From assembly GCA_964635065.1 (NCBI GenBank), contig CAZWMK010000002.1:1048-65047 (forward strand): a stretch of DNA of 64,000 bases, in the 5' to 3' direction. The stretch's first letter is position 1. Each line of letters opens with the position of its first letter. Positions 35,228 through 45,011 of this stretch are shown here, piece after piece. Position numbers and translations under genes: made by a program. Source of the stretch: an uncultured Sphingomonadaceae bacterium. GTDB taxonomy: Bacteria; Pseudomonadota; Alphaproteobacteria; Sphingomonadales; Sphingomonadaceae. Under the pieces are notes generated by a model. That model searched no databases. It had not been told where the DNA came from and worked only from the letters and a program-made list of their open reading frames with translations.

Positions 35228-37192
35228 ATGACGATGAAACTGCTCGAACCGATCAAACTTGGCCCGGTCCAGCTCAAGAACCGTGTCGTCTCGACCGCAC
35301 ACGCCGCCTTTACCGACTTCTTCAAGCCGGACTGCGACGGCGAACGTTACATGGCCTATCAGGAGCGCCGCGCCCGCGGCGGTACCGGCCTGATCATCAC
35401 CACGGCCATGCATGTCCACGAAGCCAGCCAGATGCTCAATCACTGGGTGTTCGAACCGGAAACCATGGCGGTGAAATTCCGCAAGATCAGCGAACGCGTC
35501 CATCGCCATGGCGCCAAGATCTTTGCGCAGGTCTTTCACTTCGGTGTGGTCGGCAAATCGGAAACGCACGACGACTTCAAGCCGCTGTGGGGCTTTTCAC
35601 CGCTCGAAAGCCTTGATGGCGAAACCTGCCATGTCATGACCGACGCCGAGATCGAGGAAGTGATCGATGCCTTTGTCGCAGCGTCGACCTGCGCCACCGA
35701 AAATGGCATTGACGGCATCGAACTGCACGCCACCCACGGCTATCTCCTGCAGCAATCCTTCACCCCCTATGCCAACCGCCGCACCGACAAATGGGGTCAG
35801 CGGCTTTATTTCGTCACCGAAGTGGCCAAGCGTGTGCGCGCGGCGATCGGGACCGACAAGGCCATGGGCATCCGCATCTCGCTCGACGATTTCAGGGGCC
35901 GTGCGCAAGGTGGCCTCGATTTCGATGATGTGCTCGATATCGTCGACGATCTCGTGAAAACCGGCCTGTTCGATTATGTGAACACGTCCGAAGGCAGCGG
36001 CTATTTCGACTATTCGCGCGTCATTTCATCGTTCCGGCACAAGTTCGGCAAGACGCTGCCCGCCGTCCGTGCGCTGCGCGAACGCATCAAGGCCGCTGTC
36101 CCCGTGATCGGTGTCAACAAGATCCCGACCGTTGATCTCGCCGAACGTGCTTTGGAAGAAGGCGACTGCGACCTTGTCGGCATGACGCGCGCGCAGATCG
36201 CCGACCCCGATCTCGTCTACAAGCTCGAACATGGCGAAGCGCCGCGCATACGCACCTGCACGGGCGCCAATCAGGGCTGCATCGACCGCGTCGCCACCTA
36301 TCCCATCACCTGCATCCAGAACCCTGAAGTCGGCGAGGAAAACCGCTTTGCCGAACTGGCGAAAAAGCCGGTGACGCCGAAACGCGTGCTGGTGGTGGGC
36401 GGTGGCCCGGCCGGCATGAAGGCTGCCGAAGTCGCGGCCCGCCATGGTCATCAGGTGACGCTGGCCGAGTCCTCGCACCGGCTGGGTGGACGCCTCAACC
36501 TCGTCGAAAAGCTGGGGGCTGCGGCTAACCTCCTGTCGATGACGGCATGGATCGAACAGGAATTGCAGCAGTTGCAGGTCCGCGTGATGTTGCAGACCAA
36601 GGTCGACGAGGATTTCATCCGCAACCTTGCGCCCGACGCCATCATCCTGGCATCCGGCGCGCGCGCCAAGGGCACGATCCAGCTCGACAGCGACGGCTCG
36701 ATCCCGATGCTCGACATCGACAGCGCGGTGCAGGGCCAGTTCGACGGCCAGACCTTCGAGATGAAGGGCACGCATGCCCTCCTCATCGACCGGCGTGGCC
36801 ATTACGAGACGGCGCTTGCCATCGAAGCCATGGTGCAGCGTGGCGCGAAAGTCACCGTCGTCACGCCGTTCCTCACCTTCGGCGCGAACCTCGGCTTCAC
36901 CTTCCTCGCCGATTATCTCGGTCTGCTGCCACAATGGGGCGTGCGCGTGATCACGCAGGGACAGGTCAAGCATATCGCCAATGGCACGGCGCACATCCTG
37001 AACGGCGCGACCGGCCAGACGGAGGAACTGGCGTTCGACTTCGCGGTTGCGGGCGTACCCGCCGCACCGGTCGATGAATTGCAGGATGTCTGCGCCCGCC
37101 ATGCGCCCACCAAGGTCGTGGGCGATGCCTATGCCCCACGCACCGCGCTGGAAGCGATCCGCGAAGGCGACCGTATCGGTCGTACGCTCTGA
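35228..37192 (+). CDS. NADH:flavin oxidoreductase of the 2,4-dienoyl-CoA reductase/TMADH type (OYE TIM barrel plus FAD/NAD(P) domains)
   Basis: 'LKNRVVSTAH', 'GIDGIELHATHGYLLQQSF', linker 'CTGANQGCIDR...ITC' and Rossmann 'VLVVGGGPAGMKAAE'. Confidence 0.9.
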   Translation: MTMKLLEPIKLGPVQLKNRVVSTAHAAFTDFFKPDCDGERYMAYQERRARGGTGLIITTAMHVHEASQMLNHWVFEPETMAVKFRKISERVHRHGAKIFAQVFHFGVVGKSETHDDFKPLWGFSPLESLDGETCHVMTDAEIEEVIDAFVAASTCATENGIDGIELHATHGYLLQQSFTPYANRRTDKWGQRLYFVTEVAKRVRAAIGTDKAMGIRISLDDFRGRAQGGLDFDDVLDIVDDLVKTGLFDYVNTSEGSGYFDYSRVISSFRHKFGKTLPAVRALRERIKAAVPVIGVNKIPTVDLAERALEEGDCDLVGMTRAQIADPDLVYKLEHGEAPRIRTCTGANQGCIDRVATYPITCIQNPEVGEENRFAELAKKPVTPKRVLVVGGGPAGMKAAEVAARHGHQVTLAESSHRLGGRLNLVEKLGAAANLLSMTAWIEQELQQLQVRVMLQTKVDEDFIRNLAPDAIILASGARAKGTIQLDSDGSIPMLDIDSAVQGQFDGQTFEMKGTHALLIDRRGHYETALAIEAMVQRGAKVTVVTPFLTFGANLGFTFLADYLGLLPQWGVRVITQGQVKHIANGTAHILNGATGQTEELAFDFAVAGVPAAPVDELQDVCARHAPTKVVGDAYAPRTALEAIREGDRIGRTL

Positions 37193-37216
37193 TCCGGCAC
37201 TGAAGGGCGCGTCGCC

Positions 37217-38365
37217 TCAGGCGCGCGCCCACGCCATGATGCTGTCCACGATCCGCTGTGCGGCCTGTCCGTCGCCGTAAATGTCAGACAGGCCGTACCG
37301 CGCGGATCGTTGCGTCGGATCGTCAAGCACGCCATTCACCGCCGCGACAATCCGCGCCATGTCAGTCCCCACCAGTCGCGCACTGCCGACGGCAACGGCC
37401 TCTGTACGCTCGGTTGCCGCGCGCATGACCAGTACGGGCGTGCCCAGCGCCGTGGCTTCTTCCTGCACACCCCCTGAATCCGTCAGAACCAGCGCGGCCC
37501 GGCGCAACAGGGCGATGAACGGCAAGTAATCCAGCGGCGCGATCAGGTGGACATTGGCCCGCCCGCCCAGCCTCTGCACAATCGCGTCGCGGACCATCGG
37601 ATTGGGATGCAGCGGACAGACGATCTCCACATCCGCGCGCGCGGCGATCACATCCAGTGCAGCCGCAATGCTGTGAAAACCCCCGCCAATGCTCTCGCGC
37701 CGGTGGCTGGTGACCAGAACCAGCTGCCGGCTTTCGGCAAAAGCAAAGCGCTGCGCCAGCATATGCGCCAGTGCGACGTCGCTTTCGACCCGGGCCACAG
37801 CATCGCGCAGTGCATCGATCACGGTATTCCCGGTCACCACAATATGTGCCGGGTCGACATTTTCCGCCACAAGATTGGCGCGCGCGCCCTCGGTCGGCGC
37901 GAAATGCAACGTTGCAAGGCTCGCGGTCAGCCTGCGGTTCCCCTCCTCCGGCCATGGCGACAGGCGATTGCCGGTGCGCAGCCCCGCCTCGACATGACCG
38001 ACCGGGATACGCTGGTAATAGGCGGCAAGCGCGGCGGCAAAGCTTGTCGTCGTATCGCCATGGACGAGAAGCAGATCAGGCTGTTCCAGTGCCAGCACAG
38101 GGGCCAGTCCGCGCAATATGGCCTCTGTCACGTCCGACAGCCCCTGTCCGGGTCGCATCAGATCAAGATCATGGTCAGGCACGATGCCGAACTGCGTCAG
38201 CATCTGATCCAGCATGTCGCGGTGCTGTGCCGTCACGCACACGCGCGAGACTACATCGGGCGTTTCCGCCAGCCGCCTGATCAGTGGCGCCAGCTTGATC
38301 GCTTCGGGCCGGGTGCCAAACACCGTCAGCACCTTCAATACGGCCGCGCCGCGCCCCTTGACCAT
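37217..38365 (-). CDS. wecB: UDP-N-acetylglucosamine 2-epimerase (non-hydrolysing)
   Basis: 'KVLTVFGTRPEAIKLAPL', 'VHGDTTT', 'HVEAGLRT' and 'DSGGVQEE'. The true start may be TTG 38338, giving the usual MKVLTVFG N-terminus. Confidence 0.9.
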   Translation of the reverse strand: MVKGRGAAVLKVLTVFGTRPEAIKLAPLIRRLAETPDVVSRVCVTAQHRDMLDQMLTQFGIVPDHDLDLMRPGQGLSDVTEAILRGLAPVLALEQPDLLLVHGDTTTSFAAALAAYYQRIPVGHVEAGLRTGNRLSPWPEEGNRRLTASLATLHFAPTEGARANLVAENVDPAHIVVTGNTVIDALRDAVARVESDVALAHMLAQRFAFAESRQLVLVTSHRRESIGGGFHSIAAALDVIAARADVEIVCPLHPNPMVRDAIVQRLGGRANVHLIAPLDYLPFIALLRRAALVLTDSGGVQEEATALGTPVLVMRAATERTEAVAVGSARLVGTDMARIVAAVNGVLDDPTQRSARYGLSDIYGDGQAAQRIVDSIMAWARA

Positions 38366-38372
38366 GATGTCG

Positions 38373-38381
38373 CCCCCCCCC
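38373..38381 (-). repeat. G9 homopolymer (C9 on + strand) just upstream of wecB
   Basis: GGGGGGGGG-CGACATC-ATG on the coding strand. This is the longest homopolymer I noticed in the window. Confidence 0.9.
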
Positions 38382-38545
38382 GCGCATTGGCCCTTTGCCC
38401 CTTGGACAAGAAAATAGTTATACTGATCAGGCGACAGAAGTCATGGTCGCAAGACAAAACAGCAATGCTTTCCGAAAAAACATGCTTCTACAATATCGAC
38501 AGCGCAGTTTGTGACTGGCGACACCGGCCTTGGGGGAACAAGCGC

Positions 38546-40165
38546 ATGGCAGAACAGATCGACGAATATGATTTCATCGTCAGCGGGGCAGGCTCTGCCG
38601 GGTGCGCCGTTGCCGCGCGCTTGAGCGAAGGCGGCAGATACACGGTCCTGCTGCTTGAAGCCGGGCCACCCGACAAGGCCTTCTGGATCAGGGTGCCGAT
38701 GGGTTTTCCCATGCTGTTCACCGACAGGCGTGTGAACTGGATGTTCGAATCCGAGCCGGAACCCGAACTGATGGACCGCCGCATGTATCAGCCGCGCGGC
38801 AAGGTGCTGGGTGGCACCAGTTCGATCAACGGCATGCTCTACATCCGTGGCCATGCGCGCGACTATGATCATTGGCGCCAGCTTGGTTGCACCGGCTGGG
38901 GCTATGACGATGTCCTGCCCTTTTTCCGCAAGGCCGAGGACCAGCAGCGTGGCGAGGATGAATTTCACGGCGTCGGTGGCCCGCTCACCGTCTCCGACCA
39001 GCCCGAACGGTCCGAAATCGCTGATGCCATTGTCGCCGCAGCCCAGCAGGCCGGCATCCCCTACACGCCGGATTTCAACGGCGCCCAACAGGAAGGCACG
39101 GGTTTTTACCAGACGACGACGCGCAACAAACGCCGGATGAACACGTCGCAGGCCTATCTCGCCCCTGCCCGCACGCGGCGCAATCTGCACATCGAAACCG
39201 GCGCACACGCCACGCGCATCCTCGTCGAAAACCGCCGCGCCGTCGGCATCGAATATCGCACCAGGGCCGGGATCAGAACCGCCCGCGCGCGGCGCGAAAT
39301 CGTGGTTTCGGGCGGTGCCTTCGGCTCTCCCCAGCTGTTGCAGCTGTCGGGAATCGGCCCGGCTGCCCACCTGCGGTCGTTCGGTATCGCCCCGGTGCTT
39401 GATCTGCCCGGCGTCGGGTCGAATCTCATGGATCATTTCTATGCCTCGCTCACCTTTCGGTGCAGCAAGCCGATCACGATCAACGAACTGGCGAACAGCC
39501 CGTTGAAACAGCTGAAGGCCGGGCTGGAATATGTGCTTTTCCGGCGCGGCGCACTCAGCAACAATGGCATTTTCGCGGGCGTTTTCACCCGCACCGATGC
39601 CATGCAGGATCGCCCCAATCTTCAGATCAATACCAATATCTGGACGGTGCAAAGCCGCACCAAAACGGGGATGAAGGCGCATCCATTCCCCGGCTTCACC
39701 ATGAGTCCGGTCCATCTCAACCCGCGCGCTTCGGGCACGGTGCGGCTGAAATCCGCCGATCCGCTCGCCGCCCCTGAAATCCGGCAGAACTTCCTGAAAG
39801 ACCGCGTCGATATCGATGCGATGATCGCGGGCGTACGGATCGTCCGCAACATCGCCGCGCAACCGGCGCTGGCGTCCTATTATGACGGGGAAGTCGCGCC
39901 CGGCCCTGGCGTGCAAAGCGACGACGAGATCGAGGCATGGCTGCGCGCCAACGCCATTGCCAATCTGCATCCGGTCGGATCGTGCCGCATGGGGGTGCAG
40001 GACGATGCCGTGGTCGATCCCGAACTCAGGGTGCGCGGCATCGATGGCCTGCGCGTCGCCGATGCCTCGATCATGCCGACGCTACCGGCAGGCAACACCA
40101 ATGCGCCCGCGATCATGATCGGCGAAAAAGCGGCCGACATGATCCTGCGCGCGGCGCGCGCCTGA
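38546..40165 (+). CDS. GMC-family FAD oxidoreductase (choline/alcohol dehydrogenase-like)
   Basis: 'YDFIVSGAGSAGCAVAARLSE', 'GKVLGGTSSINGMLY' and the C-terminal 'HPVGSCRMG' and 'LRVADASIMP'. Confidence 0.9.
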   Translation: MAEQIDEYDFIVSGAGSAGCAVAARLSEGGRYTVLLLEAGPPDKAFWIRVPMGFPMLFTDRRVNWMFESEPEPELMDRRMYQPRGKVLGGTSSINGMLYIRGHARDYDHWRQLGCTGWGYDDVLPFFRKAEDQQRGEDEFHGVGGPLTVSDQPERSEIADAIVAAAQQAGIPYTPDFNGAQQEGTGFYQTTTRNKRRMNTSQAYLAPARTRRNLHIETGAHATRILVENRRAVGIEYRTRAGIRTARARREIVVSGGAFGSPQLLQLSGIGPAAHLRSFGIAPVLDLPGVGSNLMDHFYASLTFRCSKPITINELANSPLKQLKAGLEYVLFRRGALSNNGIFAGVFTRTDAMQDRPNLQINTNIWTVQSRTKTGMKAHPFPGFTMSPVHLNPRASGTVRLKSADPLAAPEIRQNFLKDRVDIDAMIAGVRIVRNIAAQPALASYYDGEVAPGPGVQSDDEIEAWLRANAIANLHPVGSCRMGVQDDAVVDPELRVRGIDGLRVADASIMPTLPAGNTNAPAIMIGEKAADMILRAARA

Positions 40166-40290
40166 AAAGCCCTTCACCGGGAGCGCATGGCTCCGCTCTT
40201 GCTTCCTTTGCGGTTCCAGTGTGATAAGTCTTCATCATCAGGCGGAAAATGACGGCGGAAAGCCGCGCCCGCTTTCGGGGAGAGGTCTCA

Positions 40291-41328
40291 ATGCAGGCAT
40301 GGCTGGTCCATGGCTATGGCGACATGCGGTTGGCCGAAGTGCCCGAACCGGTGGCCAAGCCCGGCTGGGTCAAGGTCAGAGTTCGTGTCGCCCAGCCCAG
40401 CATCACCGAGATCCTGTTGTTCCACGGCGAAAAAACCTATGGCCACGACATTATCGCCCGCCGATTGTCGGCAGGTCCGGCGCAATTGTTCGGTCATGAG
40501 TTTTCGGGCGAAGTCGTGGCACTGGGGGCTGGCGTCACCAGCCTTGCGGTCGGTGACCGGGTAACGGCACGCGGTTCCCATCCCGAAGGCATTGTTGGCT
40601 TCGACTATCCCGGCGCCTTTGCCGACTATGGCATTTTCCCCGAAAGCCTGCTGGCGAAGCTGCCCGATCATGTCAGCGACAGCGAGGGCGCGGCGATCCA
40701 GCCGCTGACCGATTGCGTCGCCGCTGCCCATGCGGGCGACATCCGCCCCGGCGACACCGCCATCGTCATCGGACTTGGTGCGATGGGCCTTGGCTGCCTG
40801 CAAGCCGCGCGGGCCTTGGGCGCGGGCACCGTCGTCGGCATTGCCCGTCGTCCGCAGGTGCTCGACATGGCGCGCACACTCGGCGCCGATGTCGTGATCG
40901 ACGCCAACCGCGACGATCCGGTGGAGGCCGTCCGCGCGCTGACGGGTGGGCGGGGTGCGGATGTCGTTTTCGAGTGCGCGGGCGGGCCTGTCGCGCGCGG
41001 ACTTGCGGGCAATGCAACACTTGTCCAGGCGGCGCAGATGGTGCGCGACGAAGGCCGCGTCGTCGGCGTTGCCTTCGATGGCGATGCCGCCATCCTGCCC
41101 TACAGCGCCTTTCGCTTCCGCAGCATCCAGTATCGCTTCCCGCGCATACTGACGCGCGCCATGTTCGAGGAAACGGTGGCCTTGGTCGCCTCGGGCGCCA
41201 TCCGGCTCCGACCGCTTATCACCCATGTGCTCGATGGCATCGGCTCTCTGCCGTCCGCTTTCGATCTCACCGCCGACAAGGCGCAGCATGGCCTCATCAA
41301 CCCTGCCCAGATCCGCATTTCATCCTGA
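40291..41328 (+). CDS. Zinc-type medium-chain alcohol dehydrogenase/reductase
   Basis: 'GHEFSGEVVALG' and the Rossmann motif 'VIGLGAMGLGCLQAARALGA'. Confidence 0.85.
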   Translation: MQAWLVHGYGDMRLAEVPEPVAKPGWVKVRVRVAQPSITEILLFHGEKTYGHDIIARRLSAGPAQLFGHEFSGEVVALGAGVTSLAVGDRVTARGSHPEGIVGFDYPGAFADYGIFPESLLAKLPDHVSDSEGAAIQPLTDCVAAAHAGDIRPGDTAIVIGLGAMGLGCLQAARALGAGTVVGIARRPQVLDMARTLGADVVIDANRDDPVEAVRALTGGRGADVVFECAGGPVARGLAGNATLVQAAQMVRDEGRVVGVAFDGDAAILPYSAFRFRSIQYRFPRILTRAMFEETVALVASGAIRLRPLITHVLDGIGSLPSAFDLTADKAQHGLINPAQIRISS

Positions 41329-41343
41329 CAGACGGAGAGCCGC

Positions 41344-41724
41344 ATGACCCGCAAAGAACTGGCCCATCACCTGTTCCAGACTGTCTATTACGGCAACATC
41401 GACCGTGGCGACATGGACGGCGCCGCCACCGCGCTCCACCCCGATATTGTCTGGAGCCATGCACAGGTCTGGGCGCATCATGAATTCGCGCGCGGCGAGG
41501 CCAAGGTGCTCCACGGGCGCAAGGCGGTGCATGATTATCTCGCCGCCCGCGTCCCCCAGTTGCGCGAGGCCGCGATCACCCACCATGTCCGCGAAATGGT
41601 CATGGAAGGCGATACCGGCGCGTTCATCGGCGCGGTCGAAGGACCGGGGCCGGAACAGCGGTTCATGGTATGGTTCACGCTGAAAGACGACCTGATCGGC
41701 ACCTATACGCTGCGCCCGCTCTGA
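41344..41724 (+). CDS. NTF2-like / SnoaL-family small protein
   Basis: 126 aa. 'YGNIDRGDMDGAATALHPDIVWSH', 'GRKAVHDYLA' and 'LKDDLIGTYTLRP' fit the SnoaL fold pattern. Confidence 0.6.
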   Translation: MTRKELAHHLFQTVYYGNIDRGDMDGAATALHPDIVWSHAQVWAHHEFARGEAKVLHGRKAVHDYLAARVPQLREAAITHHVREMVMEGDTGAFIGAVEGPGPEQRFMVWFTLKDDLIGTYTLRPL

Positions 41725-42842
41725 CGCGCTCCGCGCCGCTTCTGCCAGCGCAACACCCCCGTTGCGAACAGGCCGAGCGGCGCAAGTCCCGCCACGAGCA
41801 CCAGCCAGCGCAGCAACAGCCCGCCTGCCGAACCATCGTGCAGCGCGTGGAGCCAGTTGTTGACCGTCGTCAGCGTTCCGGCGCGCTGCGCATCGACCAG
41901 CGCCGACACCCGGCCATCGGCGGCATCGACGAACACATAGCTGTGCGGAAAGCGATGGCTCGGGTCGCCTGGCTGCTGCATCCGCAGCACATAGACGCCC
42001 CCTGCCGCTGGCGGCGTCTCGATCCACGCAAGCCGCGCGTCGGGCAGCGTCGCCTGCGCGCGGGCGACCGCCTGATCGACGCCGACCAGCCGCCCGCGCA
42101 CTGCGGTCGCAGGCCAGACAGGCTTGTCGACCGGCCCCAGCACCGGGGCCAGCACGGCGTTGCTTTCGACCGGAAGGGCAAGCATGACGCCGGTCCCCAC
42201 CAGCATCAAGGACAAGGCGATGCTCGTCAGCCCCGCCAGCTTGTGCCAGTCATAAAGCGCGCGGATGGGCGGCGCCCCGCGCTTCAGCGCCAGCGCCTTT
42301 TTCCACTGACCGCCACGCGGCCACCATGCCCACAGCCCGCTGAGCAACAGCACCAGAAGCGCCAGCCCGGCATAGCCCATGATCACGCCGCCCACCGGAC
42401 CGATGAGCAGGCGATAATGCAGGTTGTAGATCCACGTCATCGCGCTATCGCCCCAATAGTCGCGGCGCAGCACGCGGTCGCCATCGGGCGACAGCCAGAC
42501 CAGCATCGGCGCGAAATCCGCGCCCGCCCGCTCCGGCGGATTATAATAGCGCGCTGGAATCGCCCCCGGCGCGCCCGTCGCCTCGAACCGCCATGGCCCG
42601 AACTTGTCGGGATAGGCGGCGCGCACTGTCTGATAGGCCCGCTCCCACGACACCGGGGCGACAGGTGCCGCCACGGCCATTTCAGGGTTCAGCGCCGCAT
42701 CAATGCGCGGATAGAAAACCAGCATTGATCCGGTCAGCCCCGCCAGCACGAACAGCGCGCCCAAGGTCAGGCCCAACCACAGGTGAATGTGGCGGACGAC
42801 ACCCCGGATACGGACGCGGTCGTGCGGGCGGGACCGGATCAT
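41703..42842 (-). CDS. PepSY-associated TM helix protein (PiuB-like)
   Basis: 'VRHIHLWLGLTLGALFVLAGLTGSMLVF', 'LHYRLLIG', 'YDWHKLAG' and 'LHALHDGSAGG'. Confidence 0.8.
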   Translation of the reverse strand: MIRSRPHDRVRIRGVVRHIHLWLGLTLGALFVLAGLTGSMLVFYPRIDAALNPEMAVAAPVAPVSWERAYQTVRAAYPDKFGPWRFEATGAPGAIPARYYNPPERAGADFAPMLVWLSPDGDRVLRRDYWGDSAMTWIYNLHYRLLIGPVGGVIMGYAGLALLVLLLSGLWAWWPRGGQWKKALALKRGAPPIRALYDWHKLAGLTSIALSLMLVGTGVMLALPVESNAVLAPVLGPVDKPVWPATAVRGRLVGVDQAVARAQATLPDARLAWIETPPAAGGVYVLRMQQPGDPSHRFPHSYVFVDAADGRVSALVDAQRAGTLTTVNNWLHALHDGSAGGLLLRWLVLVAGLAPLGLFATGVLRWQKRRGARQSGRSV

Positions 42843-42845
42843 GGC

Positions 42846-44885
42846 CTAGAAGCGCGCGCGCACACTGGCCGATACCGTGCGCCCGTCTGCCGGACTGTGC
42901 AGCGTCTGTGCACCGTCCCACCAGACATATTCGCGGTATTCATCGGTCAGGTTCTTGACGGTCAGCGCGACTTCGACAGCCTCGGTCACGCGATAGGCGG
43001 CCTCGGCATTGAGCACGGCAAAATCACCGAACCGCCCACGATTGTTGCTGGTCGTCAGTTCATAGGCTGACTGGCCATTGCCCCACAGCGACAGGCGCAG
43101 GCGCGATACGCCGGTAAAGTCCGCCCCGCCCGACCACAGCCAGCGCGGCGTATGGTCAAGGTCGTTGCCGAGCGTCAGCGGCGAGGCCGGATCGGGCGTC
43201 GTGATGATCGCCTTCTGCCAGGCCAGCGCGCCCCAGAATGACAGGCCTTGAACGGGTCGCGCGCTTAGCTGCACATCGATCCCCTGCCGCTTGGTTGCGC
43301 CGACATTTTCGAAATCGCCCAAGGGATCGTTGAGCTTGCGCTTGATCTCGCCGCTCGCCTTCTGCTCCCAGAAGGCGACGCGCGTTTCAATGCGGTCGTG
43401 CGGCGCATATTTCACGCCGATTTCCCAGCCCTCGTTCACGGATGGCGCAAGGTCGATCTGGCGCGGCGGGATGAGATAGGCGCCCGACCCAAGTCCGATC
43501 TGGAAGGTCTTGCCCCAGTTTCCATAAAGCGTCAGCCCATTAAGCGGCGTGACGGCGACCGAGATTTTCGGCTGGTCGATGCTGCCATAATCGTTGATCG
43601 GTGCGGTCGTGCCATTGAGCCGGTTGGCGAAATCGCCGCCCACCCAGTCGATGCGATAGGCGGGCGTGATCTTCAGCCACGGCGCCGGTTCAAGGATCGC
43701 CTGCACGTAAACGCCGCCGACCGAAACGTCGAACTGCTGGTCGCGCGTCTGGCTGGTCGCCACGCGGTTGACCGAAAGATAGCGCCGCGATTCATTGTCC
43801 TGTTTCTGGATGTCGCCGCCCAGTTCCACCATCAGCGGCATCCCCGCCAGATTGGCGTGATAGTGCATGGCCATGAGCGCGCCCCACTGGTCTTCGTCGG
43901 TCACGCGGCGCTGCTGCGATGCGCCCGCCGAAAATTTGACGTAGCGATCATCACGGAAACGATTGAAATAGGCCTTGGCCGACAGGTCGAAATCGTCCGA
44001 CAGGGCGGCATCCAGGTGCAGGCTGTATTGTCCGATCTTACGACGGTCGCCATCCGAAGCGTTATAGGCATTGGTCATGCGCGGATCGGCTTCGGCATCG
44101 GCGCGGGTCAGATAGCCGGCTTCCTGCGCCTTGCCGTCATAATGGCGCGCAATGGCGCCAAGCCGCAGATCGTCCGAGGCATTGTAGAACCATTTGCCCG
44201 CAAGGCTCAGCCGTTTCGTACGGCCATGATCGCGATAGCCTTGTGCATCACGGTAGGCGACAAGGTAATTCTGGCTGAACTTGCCGTTTTCCAGCCCCGC
44301 CGAAACCTGCCCTTCATAGCTGTTGTAGCTGCCTGCCGACAGCTTGGTGTCGAGATAGGTGCCACCCGTGCGCGTGCGGATGTTGGCGTTGCCTGCGATA
44401 CTGTGCAGGCCATGGCGCGGGTCCGACGTGCCGCGCACGACTTCGATGCTTTCGATGTCGAGCGGGAAGACCATGTCGATGAACGGCATGTTGCCGTCAT
44501 TGCTGTTTGACGGAATACCGTCGATCAGCAGCTTCACCGCGTTGATCTCGCCTTCGCCATTAAAGCCACGGAACGAGAATTTGCCGCTCGTCGTGCCCTG
44601 GTTGAAATCGGTCAGCAGCACGCCAGGCAGGCGACCGATCAGTTCCCAGACATAATCGACATCGGCACGCTGCGCGACGTCCGCGCCCAGCCGGTCGACC
44701 GAGGTGACGACGTTCTGGCTGCTGCCTGCCATGCCACGTGCGGTGACGACAATGTCGCCGACGGAAAAGCTGGTATCCGGTGCCTCGATGCGCCCACGCG
44801 TGGCGGGCGCATGGCCTTCATGGTTCTGGGCTAGGACGGGGGCCGCCGACAGCAGGGCGGCAAGAATGGTCATGGACGTTTTCAT
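42846..44885 (-). CDS. TonB-dependent outer-membrane receptor
   Basis: Signal 'MKTSMTILAALLSAAPVLAQ', plug motifs 'IVVTA' and 'IESIEVVRGTSDPRHG', and C-terminal 'GRTVSASVRARF'. Confidence 0.9.
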   Translation of the reverse strand: MKTSMTILAALLSAAPVLAQNHEGHAPATRGRIEAPDTSFSVGDIVVTARGMAGSSQNVVTSVDRLGADVAQRADVDYVWELIGRLPGVLLTDFNQGTTSGKFSFRGFNGEGEINAVKLLIDGIPSNSNDGNMPFIDMVFPLDIESIEVVRGTSDPRHGLHSIAGNANIRTRTGGTYLDTKLSAGSYNSYEGQVSAGLENGKFSQNYLVAYRDAQGYRDHGRTKRLSLAGKWFYNASDDLRLGAIARHYDGKAQEAGYLTRADAEADPRMTNAYNASDGDRRKIGQYSLHLDAALSDDFDLSAKAYFNRFRDDRYVKFSAGASQQRRVTDEDQWGALMAMHYHANLAGMPLMVELGGDIQKQDNESRRYLSVNRVATSQTRDQQFDVSVGGVYVQAILEPAPWLKITPAYRIDWVGGDFANRLNGTTAPINDYGSIDQPKISVAVTPLNGLTLYGNWGKTFQIGLGSGAYLIPPRQIDLAPSVNEGWEIGVKYAPHDRIETRVAFWEQKASGEIKRKLNDPLGDFENVGATKRQGIDVQLSARPVQGLSFWGALAWQKAIITTPDPASPLTLGNDLDHTPRWLWSGGADFTGVSRLRLSLWGNGQSAYELTTSNNRGRFGDFAVLNAEAAYRVTEAVEVALTVKNLTDEYREYVWWDGAQTLHSPADGRTVSASVRARF

Positions 44886-45011
44886 GATGAGAAACCCGAT
44901 AGAAATGAACGACAGGTCATCCGGAAAACCGCGCAAGAACATCTGTCTGCATCTGGTGTTTACCTGGTGCAGAGAGGGAGCGAACCGGATGATGCCGTTC
45001 ACTGCGCGCGG

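Noticed and set aside
37547-40165. 872-aa ORF in the track that looks like a giant fusion protein
   Set aside because: Its first 333 codons are the antisense strand of wecB and have no motifs. The GMC oxidoreductase signature ('YDFIVSGAGSAGC') begins right after an internal ATG at 38546 in the wecB/GMC intergenic region. Only 38546-40165 is called.
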